A stretch of DNA of 64,000 nucleotides from positions 9,672,001 through 9,736,000 of the forward strand of contig NC_086097.1 of the NCBI RefSeq assembly GCF_963921235.1, read 5' to 3'. The translations under genes and the position numbers were made by a program. The notes below the pieces were generated by a model. It was not told where the DNA came from, ran no database searches, and was given only the letters and a program-made list of their open reading frames with translations. Position 1 is the stretch's first letter, and each line of letters opens with the position of its first letter. This DNA comes from Mobula hypostoma (Eukaryota). Of the stretch, positions 24,661 through 36,452 are shown one piece after another.

Positions 24661-26314
24661 TACAAAATAATACAAACCATCAATTACAGTAAGAAGTATA
24701 TATAAAAGAGAAAATTAAATATAATATTTAATTCCGGGAGAAGGCTCAGGAGCTTGAAGACTCGTACGGCCAGATTTGGGAACAGCTTCATTCCAACTGT
24801 GATAAGACTGCTGAACGGATCCTGACCTGGATCTGGGCCGTACCCTCCAAATAACCGGACCTGCCTCTCGGTTTTTTTGCACTACCTTACTTCCCAATTT
24901 TCTATTTTCTATTTATGATTTATAATTTAAATTTTTAATATTTACTAATTTTACTATTTTTAATATTTAATATTTGTAATCTAGGGAGTGGGAAGCACAG
25001 AATCAAATATCGCTGTGATGATTGTACGTTCTAGTATCAATTGTTTGGCGACAATAAAGTATAAAGTATATCATGCAAAAAGAGAGGGGGAGGAAATACT
25101 GAGGTAGTGTTCATGGACTCATTGTCCATTCAGAAATCTGTTGGCAGAGGGATAGAAGCTATTCCTGAAATGTTGAGTGTGTGTCTTCATGTTCTTGTAC
25201 CACCTTCTTGATGGCAGTATAGGGAAGAGGGCATATCCTGAGTGATGGGGTTCTTAATGATGGATACTGCCTTTTGAAGATGTCCTAAATGCTGGGGAGG
25301 CTTGTGCCCATGATGGTTTTTTCAATTCTATACAGTGGCCCCTCCATACCAGACGGTGATACAACCAGTTAGAATAGCGTAGTAGAGAAAGGTACAGAAA
25401 AAACTATGCAATTAGGTCACTTTGATGCCCATTTTAGAAGGATTTAATTTGGAAGGATTAAAACAGAGATCAGAGCCAGGAAGTTATGTTGAACCTTTAC
25501 AAAGCAGTGGTTCTCCACTGGAATAAAAACAGAAATAGGTCTTCAACAGGCAATGTTTCCAGCTGATGCAAATGTCTCTGCAAGCCATGATGGCCTTCCT
25601 CACTGTCAACTATACCCCCATCTTGGAGTCTTCTGCAGATTTGCTGCTCCAGTAACCACACTATCATCCAGATCATTGATATAAATGACAAACAACAAAG
25701 CATCCAGCACTGACCTGTGTGGCACAGCACAAGTCACAGGCCTGTAGTCAGAGAGGCAACCCTTTACTACCACTCCTGGCTTCTCCCACAAAACCAATCC
25801 CTAAACTCTGTGTTTTGATGTTTTGTATTCTGTGTTTTTCTCACTCCTTTTTGCCGTTTGTGCGATTTGTTATTTTTGCATATTGGGGGTTTCATGTTTT
25901 TCTTTGAATGGGTTCCTTGGATTTCTTTAGAAAAACATAGAAACATAGAAAACCTACAGCATAATACAGGCCCTTCGGCCCACAATGTTGTGCTGAAAAT
26001 GTACTTACTTTAGAAATTACCTAGGGTAATTAGGGTAAATAGCCCTCTATTTTTCCTGTATCTCTGAAAAAAAAGACCAACCACGATTTTGAAAACATTG
26101 GAATGACAATATTGCAATCTAGATTTTCTGACCTCATTGATTATAATGGTGCAGACAAAATGTCAGGTTCAATTGTGACTTGCAATAGAAATAGACTTAA
26201 CAGATGCTGAGCAGAATCTGTCAGGACAGTCAGTTCAGTAATTGACAGTTTATATTGCATACCTTAATACTACGGTGCTCCCAGAAGGAAAGTAAGTGCA
26301 AATTGTGTGACCCT

Positions 26315-27330
26315 ACACTCTCAGTGGGGTTATACACTCATGAGTAAATACGCAGATGCTGGAAATCCAAAGCAAACCACACCTGCCGAACGATGCTGAG
26401 GATGTTCTACGAGTCTGTGGTGGCCAGTGTGATTTTGTTTACTGTTGTGTGCTGGGGCAGCAGGCTGAGGGTAGCAGACACCAACAGAATCAATAAACTC
26501 ATTCGTATGGCCAGTGATGTTGTGGGGATGGAACTGGACTCTCTGACGGTGGTGTCTGAAAAGAGGATGCTGTCTAAGTTGCATGCCATCTTGGACAATG
26601 TCTCCCATCCACTACATAATGTACTGGTTGGGCACAGGAGCACATTCAGCCAGAGACTCATTCCACCGAGATGCAACACAGAGCGTCATAGGAAGTCATT
26701 CCTTCCTGTGGCTATCAAACTTTACAACTCCTCCCTTGGAGGGTCAGACACCCTGAGCCAATAGGCTGGTCCTGGACTTATTTCCTGGCATAATCTACAT
26801 ATTACTATTTAACTATTTATGGTTTTATTACTATTTAATTATTTACAGTGCAACTTTAACGAAAACCAATTTCCCCCAGGATCAATAAAGTATGACTATG
26901 ACTATGACTATGACTATGACAAAATGCTGGCGGAACTCAGCAGGCCAGGCAGCATCTATGAAAAAGAGTACACAGTCAATGTTTTGGGCCAAGACCCTTC
27001 ATTAGGAGGGTCCATAGATGCTGCTTGGCCTGCTGAGTTCTCCAGTATTTTGTGTGTGTTGCTTTGATTTATACACTCAATGGCTCTACACCTGCTCACT
27101 CATGCAAATATCTAATCAGCCAATCATATGGCAGCAACTCAATACACAAAATCATGCAGACATGGTTAAGAGGTTCATTTGTTTAGACCCAGCATCAGAA
27201 TGGGGAAATATGTGATCCAGGTGATCTGCGTTCACCAGCAACTTTGATGTGTGTTCCTTGAATTTCCAGCATCTGCAGAATTCCTCGTGTTTGCATTTTT
27301 AAATATGTGATCCAAGTGACTTTGACCGTG
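26315..27330 (+). mobile_element. Tc1-like left-end fragment with nested PLE fold-back, Rex/Babar LINE and a second PLE fragment
   Basis: Tc1-like leader (tacactc.cagtgg ... atgcaaatatctaatcagccaatc ... ATGGGGAAA). PLE TSD ttatacactca at 26330-26340 and 27069-27079. Second TSD aaatatgtgatccaNgtga at 27206-27224 and 27301-27319. Confidence 0.75.
26379..26918 (+). mobile_element. Young Rex1/Babar LINE 3' end
   Basis: ORF 26393..26764 MLRMFYESVVAS...RCNTERHRKSFLPVAIKLYN with an aataaag(tatgac)n tail. Nearly identical to copies at 40110 and 49722. Confidence 0.9.
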
Positions 27331-27667
27331 CTGCCCTCTAGTGATCACTCAATGGAAGAACAAGCTGGACAGGATAATCTGCAGCCATGCCACTCAGGGG
27401 CTTGGGCTATATATTTTTTTCCTTTGTGACTGTATGATTTTCTGAAATCATAACTATATATGCTATTTGTGCTATGTGCCGTTGGTAATGTGTTTTGCAC
27501 CTTGGCCCCAGAGGAATATTGTTTTGATTAGTTATTCACGTTTGGTTCAATGATAATTAAACCAGAAGTTGAACTTGAACTTGAGATTTGGCTAATTGTC
27601 TGGTAAACTTAAGTGTGTTGCTAACTTTGAGCCTTGGATTTTAATGTGATGCGTAATTTCTGCTTAC

Positions 27668-28113
27668 CTTTGCAAGGATCTTATCCATAGCCTAAAGTTT
27701 GGAAAGGTGATAATGTGGTGTTCAGTGGGTAGTGTTTATCTCAGAGTGCTGGAAGAAAGTAGGGAAGAGATTTGTAAAGCAATAACTATTATATTAATAT
27801 GAACATTAGTTATGTGATTCCCACACACTGACAACATAATAAAACAATATTACAAGTTAGCTACAACCTATATTATGTGCAGATTTCCATCATTGTTTCA
27901 CAAGCTATATTGTTGTAATCAGAGTCAGAATACAACCAAGCATGTGGTTACATGTTTTAAACTAACACTTTTATAAAGATGACATATCAGTGATTATACC
28001 CACACATTTGTTTGAGCAACTTAACCTGAAAAAAGACATCCCGCCTACAGAGAGTCATTATTGGTATTCATTCTGTGCCACTACTATCTACGAACACTTC
28101 CTTTTTCATGATG
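27668..28113 (-). pseudogene. Two pseudo-exons (28113-28026, 88 nt; 27748-27668, 81 nt) with strong splice signals
   Basis: Acceptors tttctgtttctttag and tctcttccctactttcttccag; donors CAG|gttaag and AAG|gtaagc. The phase-0 join reads IMKKEVFVDSSGTE*IPIMTLCRRDVFFQHSEINTTH*TPHYHLSKL*AMDKILAK. Confidence 0.55.
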
Positions 28114-28555
28114 CTAAAGAAACAGAAAATTACAAAACCACTGTGTCTCAGAGGGGTCGATACACAGAAAAGGTGGGAGATACTCAACTCTTTAGTCCTG
28201 ATGAAGGGACTCTGTCTGAAAAGTCGACTTCCCTTCGTGGGTGCTGCCTGACCCATTGAGATCCTCCAGCATTTTGTGTGTGTTGATCCGGATCCCAAGC
28301 ATCTGCAGGACATCTTGTGTCTCTCTATAGCCATTTGACCTATGGAGTCCATTTAATTAACAGAGAACAGTACAGCACTGTACTTGTCACCTTCTCTGTA
28401 TCAATTTCCTAATACAAGAGGGCATACATGATGGGCCCCTCCTATGTATCAGCCATTTCCCTCCATTGCTTTCACATTATTGTGTCCATCTCAAAGCCTT
28501 TTAAATTCCATCAAATTTGCTGCTTTTGAGAATGACCAGAACAGCAAGCAATACA

Positions 28556-30462
28556 TTCTTCTGCTTCTTCTGCTTCTTCTTCTTCTGGCTGTTTAGACGC
28601 ATCTGGGTGTATTACAGCCATCCTCAGGATGTATAATTAATGATAGAACTTCAAGGAACTCAAATTCTCGAATACGACCTAGTCTCACATATAAACTGAA
28701 CAACAGACTCTTCAATCAGATATCAATTCTCTTGATGGCCAAACAAAGATTTAATAGAAAACCAAAATAAATTTAAGCCAGATAGCCTCTTGAACGACAT
28801 GCTTCTTTCAATTTTGTATCGATTACAGCTCAGCAAAACATGCTGGACTGTCTCTGGACCACCACAGTCACATAATCCAGTAGGGTGTTTTCCTATTATT
28901 TTTAAGTAACAGTTTAGCCCACAATGCCCCAACCTAAGTCCTGTAAATTTCACCATATCTCTACGACTTAAAAGGCAACAGTCTGAGACCTTTTTAACTA
29001 GTGGGTGACTAGAAAAATAATGCCTGCCCCTTAATTCATTTTCCAATCCTCCTGCCACTTCTTCTCTATACCTTTTTTAATCCTACTTCTCAATTCTGCT
29101 CTGCCTAGGGGAACTCTAATTTCTACTTGCCTGCTCTGTAAGAAAGACTTTGCAATGCCAACCACAATTTCATTTCCCTCCACCCCAGCATGCCCAGGTA
29201 TCCATGAAAATCTAACTGCACAACCCATCTTCCCTACTCTAAACAACACTAAGAGAATCTCAATAGCTATGTCAGGACGAGCTTTTGATTTACTCCCTTT
29301 TATAGACTCTGAGGCAGCAGCAGAATCCGAACAGATGATAACCCTACGTGGTCGAGAATCTTCTATCCACCATAAGACCCAGAGGATTGCTAATAATTCT
29401 GTTGCAAAGACAGAAACACCATCTGAAACCCGGTGATCAATCTTAACTCCAAGTTGAGACACATACATCCCAAATCCTGCCCTACTGCTCTCTGGGTCCA
29501 CTGAGCCATCAGTAAAAATCTTCAGATAAGATCCCCATTTGTTATTTAAATATTCATTTGTGATCAACGCTGATGAAATTGCACTGCTTCCTTTAAGCTG
29601 AAAAAGGAGGAATAGGTCTACTTCTGCTTCTGGAAAGAGCCAAAAAGGGATGGGTGGGAAGCAAATTTGGTCAACTTCCTCAGTCAGTTTCAATTTCACA
29701 GCCCAGTTATCAACCAAATCTAAAAATGGGTATCTTTTAATTTTACTTTGACGCTCCAACTTCCCCTGCAAAAGACACTTTGATGGACAGCTGTGATTGA
29801 ATCCGTTTAGTTTTACCCAACACTGCAGGCCCAACTGAATTTGTCTTAAATGCAAAGGCAGTTCTCCCATCTCCACACATAATGCCGGGACTGATGTTGT
29901 TCTAAAAGCTCCACAACAGAGTCTAAGTGCTTTGGACTGCACAGTGTCTAGTTTTCCAAGCACTGCCATAGCAGTGGAACCATAAGCAATACAACCATGA
30001 TCTATAGCTGATCTAATCATAGCTAGATATATTAAGTACATAGTTTCCCACCCTGCTCCCCAGTCGCATCCAACAATACTTCTCATAACATTTAAAACTT
30101 TCTCACACTTTCCAATTGTTTCATCTATATGAGCCCTCCAAGTAAGTCTTTCATCAAACCAGACACCTAAAAACTTGCATACCTTGACTTTTTCTAATGG
30201 AGAGTCATATAGACACAATTCACAATCAGGAATCTCTCTTCTAAAGCCAAAAATCATGTATTTGGACTTAGAAGCAGAAATCCTGAAACCGCATTTATTA
30301 GCCGAGTTTTCAACTGATCTTAAAGCCTTTTGTACCTGCCTTAATATATACTTGATGTTTCTTCCTCTTTTCCAGATTGCACCATCGTCTGCAAACAATG
30401 ATTTGCCAAATCCTGCCCCTACCTGATCAAAGATATCATTTATCATGACATTAAAAAGAACA
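28556..30462 (-). mobile_element. Nimb/I-clade LINE, 5'-truncated, with RT C-terminus, RNase H and C-terminal zinc knuckle
   Basis: ORF 29031..30446 (FADD, FLGVWFD, FTDGS, ELLAI, SDS, WIPGH, GNE). Frameshifted continuation 28723..29058 (RLGHCGLN..CDCGGPETVQHVLLSC). (GAA)n 3' tail at 28556-28585. Confidence 0.92.
29031..30446 (-). CDS. Partial LINE ORF2 (RT thumb plus RNase H), 471 aa open frame; TE-derived
   Basis: Longest ORF in the window. RNase H acidic residues D, E and D are present, and the fourth is altered (GNEIVV rather than GNExAD). Confidence 0.85.
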   Translation of the reverse strand: MINDIFDQVGAGFGKSLFADDGAIWKRGRNIKYILRQVQKALRSVENSANKCGFRISASKSKYMIFGFRREIPDCELCLYDSPLEKVKVCKFLGVWFDERLTWRAHIDETIGKCEKVLNVMRSIVGCDWGAGWETMYLIYLAMIRSAIDHGCIAYGSTAMAVLGKLDTVQSKALRLCCGAFRTTSVPALCVEMGELPLHLRQIQLGLQCWVKLNGFNHSCPSKCLLQGKLERQSKIKRYPFLDLVDNWAVKLKLTEEVDQICFPPIPFWLFPEAEVDLFLLFQLKGSSAISSALITNEYLNNKWGSYLKIFTDGSVDPESSRAGFGMYVSQLGVKIDHRVSDGVSVFATELLAILWVLWWIEDSRPRRVIICSDSAAASESIKGSKSKARPDIAIEILLVLFRVGKMGCAVRFSWIPGHAGVEGNEIVVGIAKSFLQSRQVEIRVPLGRAELRSRIKKGIEKKWQEDWKMN

Positions 30463-30985
30463 GTCTGAATTGATGCACAAAGGCAATGTGCATTCTAACA
30501 GTGAGTGATTGTTTTAGTCACGTTTCTTGAGGTCACAGGACCCTGTTGACTTTGGTAATGTGGAATACTGCAAGTCCAGTTGACTGGTTTACTAGGGAAT
30601 GGTGGGGCTGGATGGCATTGGTGCTCCAGTGTTAACTTGGCTGAATACAAAGCCATATTGTGTTTGACTGCGGACTGCTGCAACACTAATAGGTTCAGGT
30701 ACTTGGACTATATATATTTTTTGAGTGACTGTATTTTACTGCTGAACTTTATGTGCCTTGTGCTGCTTGTGACTGTTGGTACTCTGTCTTATACCTTGGC
30801 CCCAGACTACACCTAAGTGCAGTCTAACTAAGGTTTTATATAACTGCAGTATGTCTTCCTTCCTCTTATCCTCAAAACACTTACCAATGAAGGCAAGGAT
30901 TTCATATGACTTCTTTACGACCACCTCCACTGCAGTGCCATATTCAGTGAAGCCCAACGTCGTTCTGTACCATAGTGTTACTATG

Positions 30986-31830
30986 GGATAGATAGATAGA
31001 TAGATATACTTTATTGATCCCGAGGGAAATTGGGTTTCGTTACAGCTGCACCAACCAAGAATAGAACATAAATATAGCAATACAAAAACCATAAACAATC
31101 AAACAACAAAATGCATACTATGCCAGATGGAAAAAAGTCCAGGACCAGTCTATTGGCTCAGGGTGTCTGACCCTCCATGGGAGGAGCTGCAAATTCGATG
31201 GTCACAGGCAGGAATGACCTCCCGTGCTGTCCAGTGTTGAATCTCAGTGGAATGTGGCCGAAGTCCAACAGTAAAAAGTTCAATGTCCGGTCTACAAACA
31301 CGTTCCTCGATCGTAATATGACCCAGATTGTACCAGAACCGTAAGCCCCCAACTCCTTTACGCTTACCACTCTCAGTGCACTTCCAGTCAGCCCAAACGG
31401 TCTGGAAGCCGTCCATGGAGAAGTTTTGATCGGGTATGTCCTCGTGCAGCCCAATTCCAGTGAAACACATAACACTGCACTCCCGAAATGTTCTCTGACG
31501 CCTGGCTAGCACTGTGTGGTAAACCATGTATATATGTTGTAACTGGGTTAACTGTCTGGACACGCCCCTCTGCTGACTGCCCCTGTGGCTCCTCCCACAG
31601 AGTCCTGTATAAAGGATTTTGCCTTGCCCCTCCCCCTCAGTCCGGGGGCAGACACTCACCGTGGAGGTCGTATTGTACAGCGAATAAAAGCCTTTCAGTA
31701 TTTTACCAAACCTCAGTCTTTTGGAGTTATTGAAGGTGCTTCACACTGTGAACTCGTCCTTTTTATTACCCACCAAACTCCTCTTCTCCATAAGTCTCTG
31801 TTGTCTCGACCCGGTCCTCTTTCCTCACCA
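30986..31830 (-). mobile_element. Internally deleted Rex1/Babar element (APE remnant fused to the 3' end)
   Basis: FRECSVMCFT..WLHEDIPD-like endonuclease remnant, the GGSDTLSQ end and a (tatc)n tail. Confidence 0.75.
31515..31743 (+). mobile_element. Solo LTR
   Basis: TG...CA ends, 5-bp TSD cactg at 31510-31514 and 31744-31748, internal tataaa and aataaa. Confidence 0.85.
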
Positions 31831-32004
31831 TTAAATAGATCTACCATTAAATAGGTAGTTCCTCCTTTCAAATAACCTCTCAATACGTCAAACTTGCCCA
31901 GATTAAACTCCAACCACGGTTCTATTTTCACACCTTTCTATATCACTTGTGAGTCACCAAATTCCACTGTCTTAATAAAAAATATTATCCATATTTCCCT
32001 TAAC

Positions 32005-32700
32005 ACCTGCTGAATATTGAAAGGCCTAGATAGAATAGACGTGGTGAGGATGTTTCCAAAAGTGAGAGAATCTAGCGCAGCTTGGTATAGAAGGACATCC
32101 CTTTAGAACAGAGATGAGGATTAATTTCTTTAGCCAGAGGGTGGTGAATCTGTGGAATTCATTGCCACAGACAGCTGTGGAAGCAAATTCAGTAGGTATA
32201 CTTAAAGCAGAGGTTCATAGTTCCTTGATTAAAATGGGTATCAAAGATTGTAGGGAGAAGGCAGAAGGGTAGGTTTGAGAGCAAAGTCCCTTCTGAATTT
32301 TGTTTACAGCTGCTCAGACCAAACATTGCATTGAGCAGGAAATGCTTATACAGCCTGAAAACTGTGCAACACTTTAAACTTTTTTTTTGTAACGTGGATA
32401 CTATGAATATTTAGAATGAAAATTGAAAAATCGCGTGCTTTTGATTTCATTCATTAATTAAAATGGTGTAGTGAAGTACAGTGCAACAAAGAAAATCTTT
32501 CATATTTCATAACCTTTTTTTTTAGCTGCGTCAATTCCAGTGCGTAGCAACGAAGGCTTTTTGTGTGGGAGCATTTCAGTTTCCACGTGGCTGCACACCT
32601 GAGCAGCTTAGAGGGAAAAATAAATCAGTCAGAATCAAACAGTGGAGCAGACTCAATGGGCTGAATGATCAAATTCTACTCATATATCTTGTAGTCTCAT
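32005..32700 (+). mobile_element. CR1 3' fragment interrupted by a probable hAT MITE (~32283-32620)
   Basis: FFSQRVVNLWNSLP motif. The insert has ccctt/ttagaggga-type ends. Confidence 0.6.
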
Positions 32701-35324
32701 GGTTTTAGTTACATACTCCGTTTATTTAGTCACTTTAATATGGCAAAGCTCACCTAAGGTGCATCACATGAGCAATATCAAACAGAAAATGGTGCCAAGC
32801 CATATAGAGAGATATAAAGGTAGACGATAAAAGATTCATCAGAGAGAGATTGATTTTTAAGGACTGATTCAAAGGCAGAAATACAGCAAGAGAAAGTTTG
32901 CAGTTGGGAGAAATTCCAAAGCTTAGTGCCTTGAAAACTTAAGAACAGCTTAAATTCAGAGATAACGAAGGAGCCAGAATAGGAGAAGCATAGATATCTC
33001 AGGGGATGGAGGGATTATAGAAATAGGGGAAAGCAACACCATGGAAAGAATTGTAAGCAAGGATGAGTATTTTAAAACCCAGATGAATGTATGTGAGAGC
33101 AACTTTTAAAATAAATAAAGTAGGTTTTCAGTCATTATTGAAATTATCTTTGACCATATTTGTGAGGAAATTGACTGCTGTGTCCACTATAGAGTTTCAA
33201 GTTTTAAGTTCAATTTTAATTGTCATTCAAACATACATGAATACAGTCAAATGAAACTGTGTTACTCTGGGGCCAAGGTGTAAAACACAGTCCCAACAGG
33301 CGCAAACAGCACAAGGCACATACAGTTCAGCAGTAAAATACAGTCACTCAAAAAATATATATAGTCCAAGTACTTGAGTCCATTAGTGTTGCAGCAGTCC
33401 GCAGTCAAACACAATATGGCTTTGTATTCTGCCAAGTCAACTGGAGCACCAATGCCATCCAGCCCCACCATTCACCAGTAAACCAGTGAGCTGGACTTGC
33501 AGTATTCCACGTTACCAAAGTCAACAGGGTCCTGTGATCTCAAGAAACGTGACTAAGGCAATCACTCACTGTTAGAATGCACACTGCCTTTGTGCACCAA
33601 TTCAGACGTCCCTCTGTTGCAGGAAGCAACACCAAGTCCAGCTTCTTCAGTTTCTCCACTAATAAGTAACTTGCTGATGGGATAGACCAGCAGTGCTTCA
33701 AGTTCTTAAAATCCAGCAGGGTCTTGCGATTGTAAGAAAATGTTTTTTTTTAAAAGACAATAAGACCTTTGGTTGGCTCTGTAGGAGCTGCTGAGTCTGA
33801 GAGTAGTGTCAAATAATAAAGAAATGGACTGCTGTTCATTCTGACCTAATTTTGTCTATTTATATCAGACTCACTTGCCAGCATTAGGACCATATCCTCC
33901 TATAACTACATCTCTATCTTAATGCTTGATAATCACGTTAAATGTACCTGATTCATCCAGTAGCACATTCAGATATCAACTACCCACTACTTAGGGTTAA
34001 AGATCATTCTCAGATCCTCTTTAAAACACCTTCCTCACACCTTAGACCTAAGCTGTCGAGTTAAAAATGATTTTGTCTATCTACCTTATCTATTTCTCTC
34101 ATAATCTAATATACTTCTGTCAACCTCTTTGGTTTCATGGAAAACAAGTCCAGATTATCTAATTTCTCTCTCTGACTAAAGTCCTTCAATCCAAGCAGTA
34201 TCCTCAAGAATCTCCACTGCATACCCTCCAGCACAATTTCATCCTTCCTATCTATTGTTCGTTATGTGCCGTGTCATCTGACATGGGTGATCATGATCTT
34301 TTGGTGGCATTGGCAAATTTTTCTACAGAAGTGGTCTGCCATTACCTTCTGAGCAGTGTCTTACAAGACAGGTGACCCCAGCCATTAACAGTACAATTCA
34401 GAGGTCGTCTGCTTGGCGTCGGTGGTCGCATAACCAGGAGTTGTGATGTGCACCAGCTGCTCATACGACCATTCATCACCTGCTCCTGTGGCTTCACGTG
34501 ACCCTGATCCGGCAGGGGCGGGGGGCTAAACACGTGCTACACCTGGCCTGAGGGTGACCTGCTGGCTAGTGGAGGGAAGAAGCACCTTACACCTCCTTTG
34601 GTAGAGACATATCAGAAACATTACATACGCAGGGCTTAGTATTATCAATGACTCCACACATCCATCCAGCATCCTCTTTTGCTTTCTACCATCAGGCAGG
34701 AGCCTCAGATACATAACAACAAGAGTGGTCCGGATGGGAACACAGGCTGTTAAGCTTCTAAACTCCCTGCCACATCGCATTCGAAGTGTCACTGTTTGAT
34801 TTACTCGTAAATGATTCACTTGTTTATTCATTATTATTATTATTATCATTTTTTATTTTATTTAGTATTTTTTGTTCTCTGCCAGATTATGTATTGCATG
34901 GAACTGCTGCTGCTAAATTAACAAATTTCACGTCACATGCCGGTGATAATAAACCTGATTCTGATTGATCAGTTCTGTACCTTACAATATTTAATTTATT
35001 CACTTTATTTATGCGTAATTCATCTGTAGATTTTATCCTTACTTTCATAAGTTATATCCGTGTTGTGTGTACTACCATGCTTTATACTCTGGTCCAGAGA
35101 AATGTTGTCTTGTTTGACAGTATACATACATATAGTTAAATGACAATAAACTTGACTTGATTTGACTTGACGCGTCTCCACCTCATCACCCATCCATTCT
35201 ATAATGCTTCTTTAAAAGAAACAGAAGGAGAAGCTGATCAGTCAGGTTATTGTGCCTGATCATTGAAAATAAACAATAAGACCATAAGATATAGGAGCAT
35301 GGCAAAATCATAGTTTTTTTTACT

Positions 35325-35849
35325 TGTTGCGGATCTGGCCTGAACACTGGGTTGAAGGGCCTCTGCTGGTAGCTCTGGATCACGACAGTCTTCAATTTCT
35401 GTTTTCTTTCACCTGGCCATGTGGGTTCTGACCCAGCCCCTTTCCTTTTTGGACTTCCTCCAATTACCTGCTTTGTCTTCTCATTTGCACCCATCTGTTT
35501 CTAATTTTCACTCATTACCCTGTCCATTTAAACCCTACCTTGACTAGCATTCTCTGCCAGTTTGTTCCAGTTCTGACCCGTGTTGTTCTAGCCTGTCATT
35601 GCGACTTCTGCCAACTGATTTTGCCTGATTCTGTGTTTTGGATTTTGCCCGTTCTTGGACCTGATTTTTGCCTGTGCGCTCTGGATTGTCTGCCCTTGCC
35701 TGACTGCTTTTCCTGGTAAGACCTCAGCCTGCCATTTTGGATTTGTGCCGGCCTTCTGTTTTTGAAAGGCTGTCGCCTTTGTGCTCCCTAATAAATCCTG
35801 GTGAAAAACTATTCATTGGTCTGCACTTGAGTCGCACCGAAACCCGACA
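35325..35849 (+). mobile_element. Solo LTR
   Basis: tgttg...cgaca ends, 5-bp TSD ttact at 35320-35324 and 35850-35854, aataaa near the 3' end. Confidence 0.85.
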
Positions 35850-36452
35850 TTACTCCAGCACCATTGTCTTGCACGAGCCCCATTTTCCTTGAGTCTTCTT
35901 GAATCTAAATATCTATTGATCTCCACTCTCTATCCAAATTCTAAATACTTGCTACCCTTGTGGCAAATTTCTTCCCATCTCTGTCTGGAGTGGCCAAACA
36001 TGAATTTTGAAACTCTGTACCCTGGTTTTAGTCACATCAGCCAAAGGAAACATCACTTCCACATCTACCTGATCAAATCTAATCAAAATCCCTTTTCGCT
36101 TCCTTTGTTTTATCTTTCTATTTCAATACATCTTTCCTTCATTCGTTCATTCTTTTTAATTTTCCTCTGTTTCTCTTCCATGTATTATCTTCACAACAGA
36201 TTTATAAGTATTAGTAACTCTGCCGTGGGCAATCTTAAGCTGGGATCTGAAAAGAGGAGCCTGGACATGGGGCTAGCAATCCCATCCCATAAATACCCAG
36301 AGCTACAGGAACACCAACAGAATCTCCAAATACCTTCTCCCTCAGTGAGGAATAATATCCACTTAGATGGGCTACACACGGGGAAAATGTGAAAGAATGG
36401 CCCAGGACAGGGGACTCTGGTCAGCTGCTGCTGGCAGCCTATGTCCCGGTAA

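Larger units (their letters stand above)
30463..33607. repeat. Pair of ~340-bp inverted repeats (30463-30806 and 33268-33607)
   Basis: ORFs 30580..30816 (+) and 33262..33471 (-) share LAEYKAILCLTADCCNTN..YLDYIYFLSDCILLLN. By eye the two copies exceed 90% nucleotide identity. Confidence 0.85.

Noticed and set aside
26123..26291. Plus-strand exon ending in GGAAA|gtaagt
   Set aside because: The donor is good, but the minus-strand frame (LTDSAQHLLSLFLL) fits the RGS motif and the neighbouring minus-strand exons. The plus-strand reading is not fully excluded.
27668..27688. ATG in good Kozak context (MDKILAK) as the start of a functional gene
   Set aside because: No intact downstream coding exons were found. 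It lies in frame within a stop-containing pseudo-exon.
35889..36392. 167-aa ORF
   Set aside because: It spans degraded CR1-like antisense and low-complexity sequence and has no recognisable motif.
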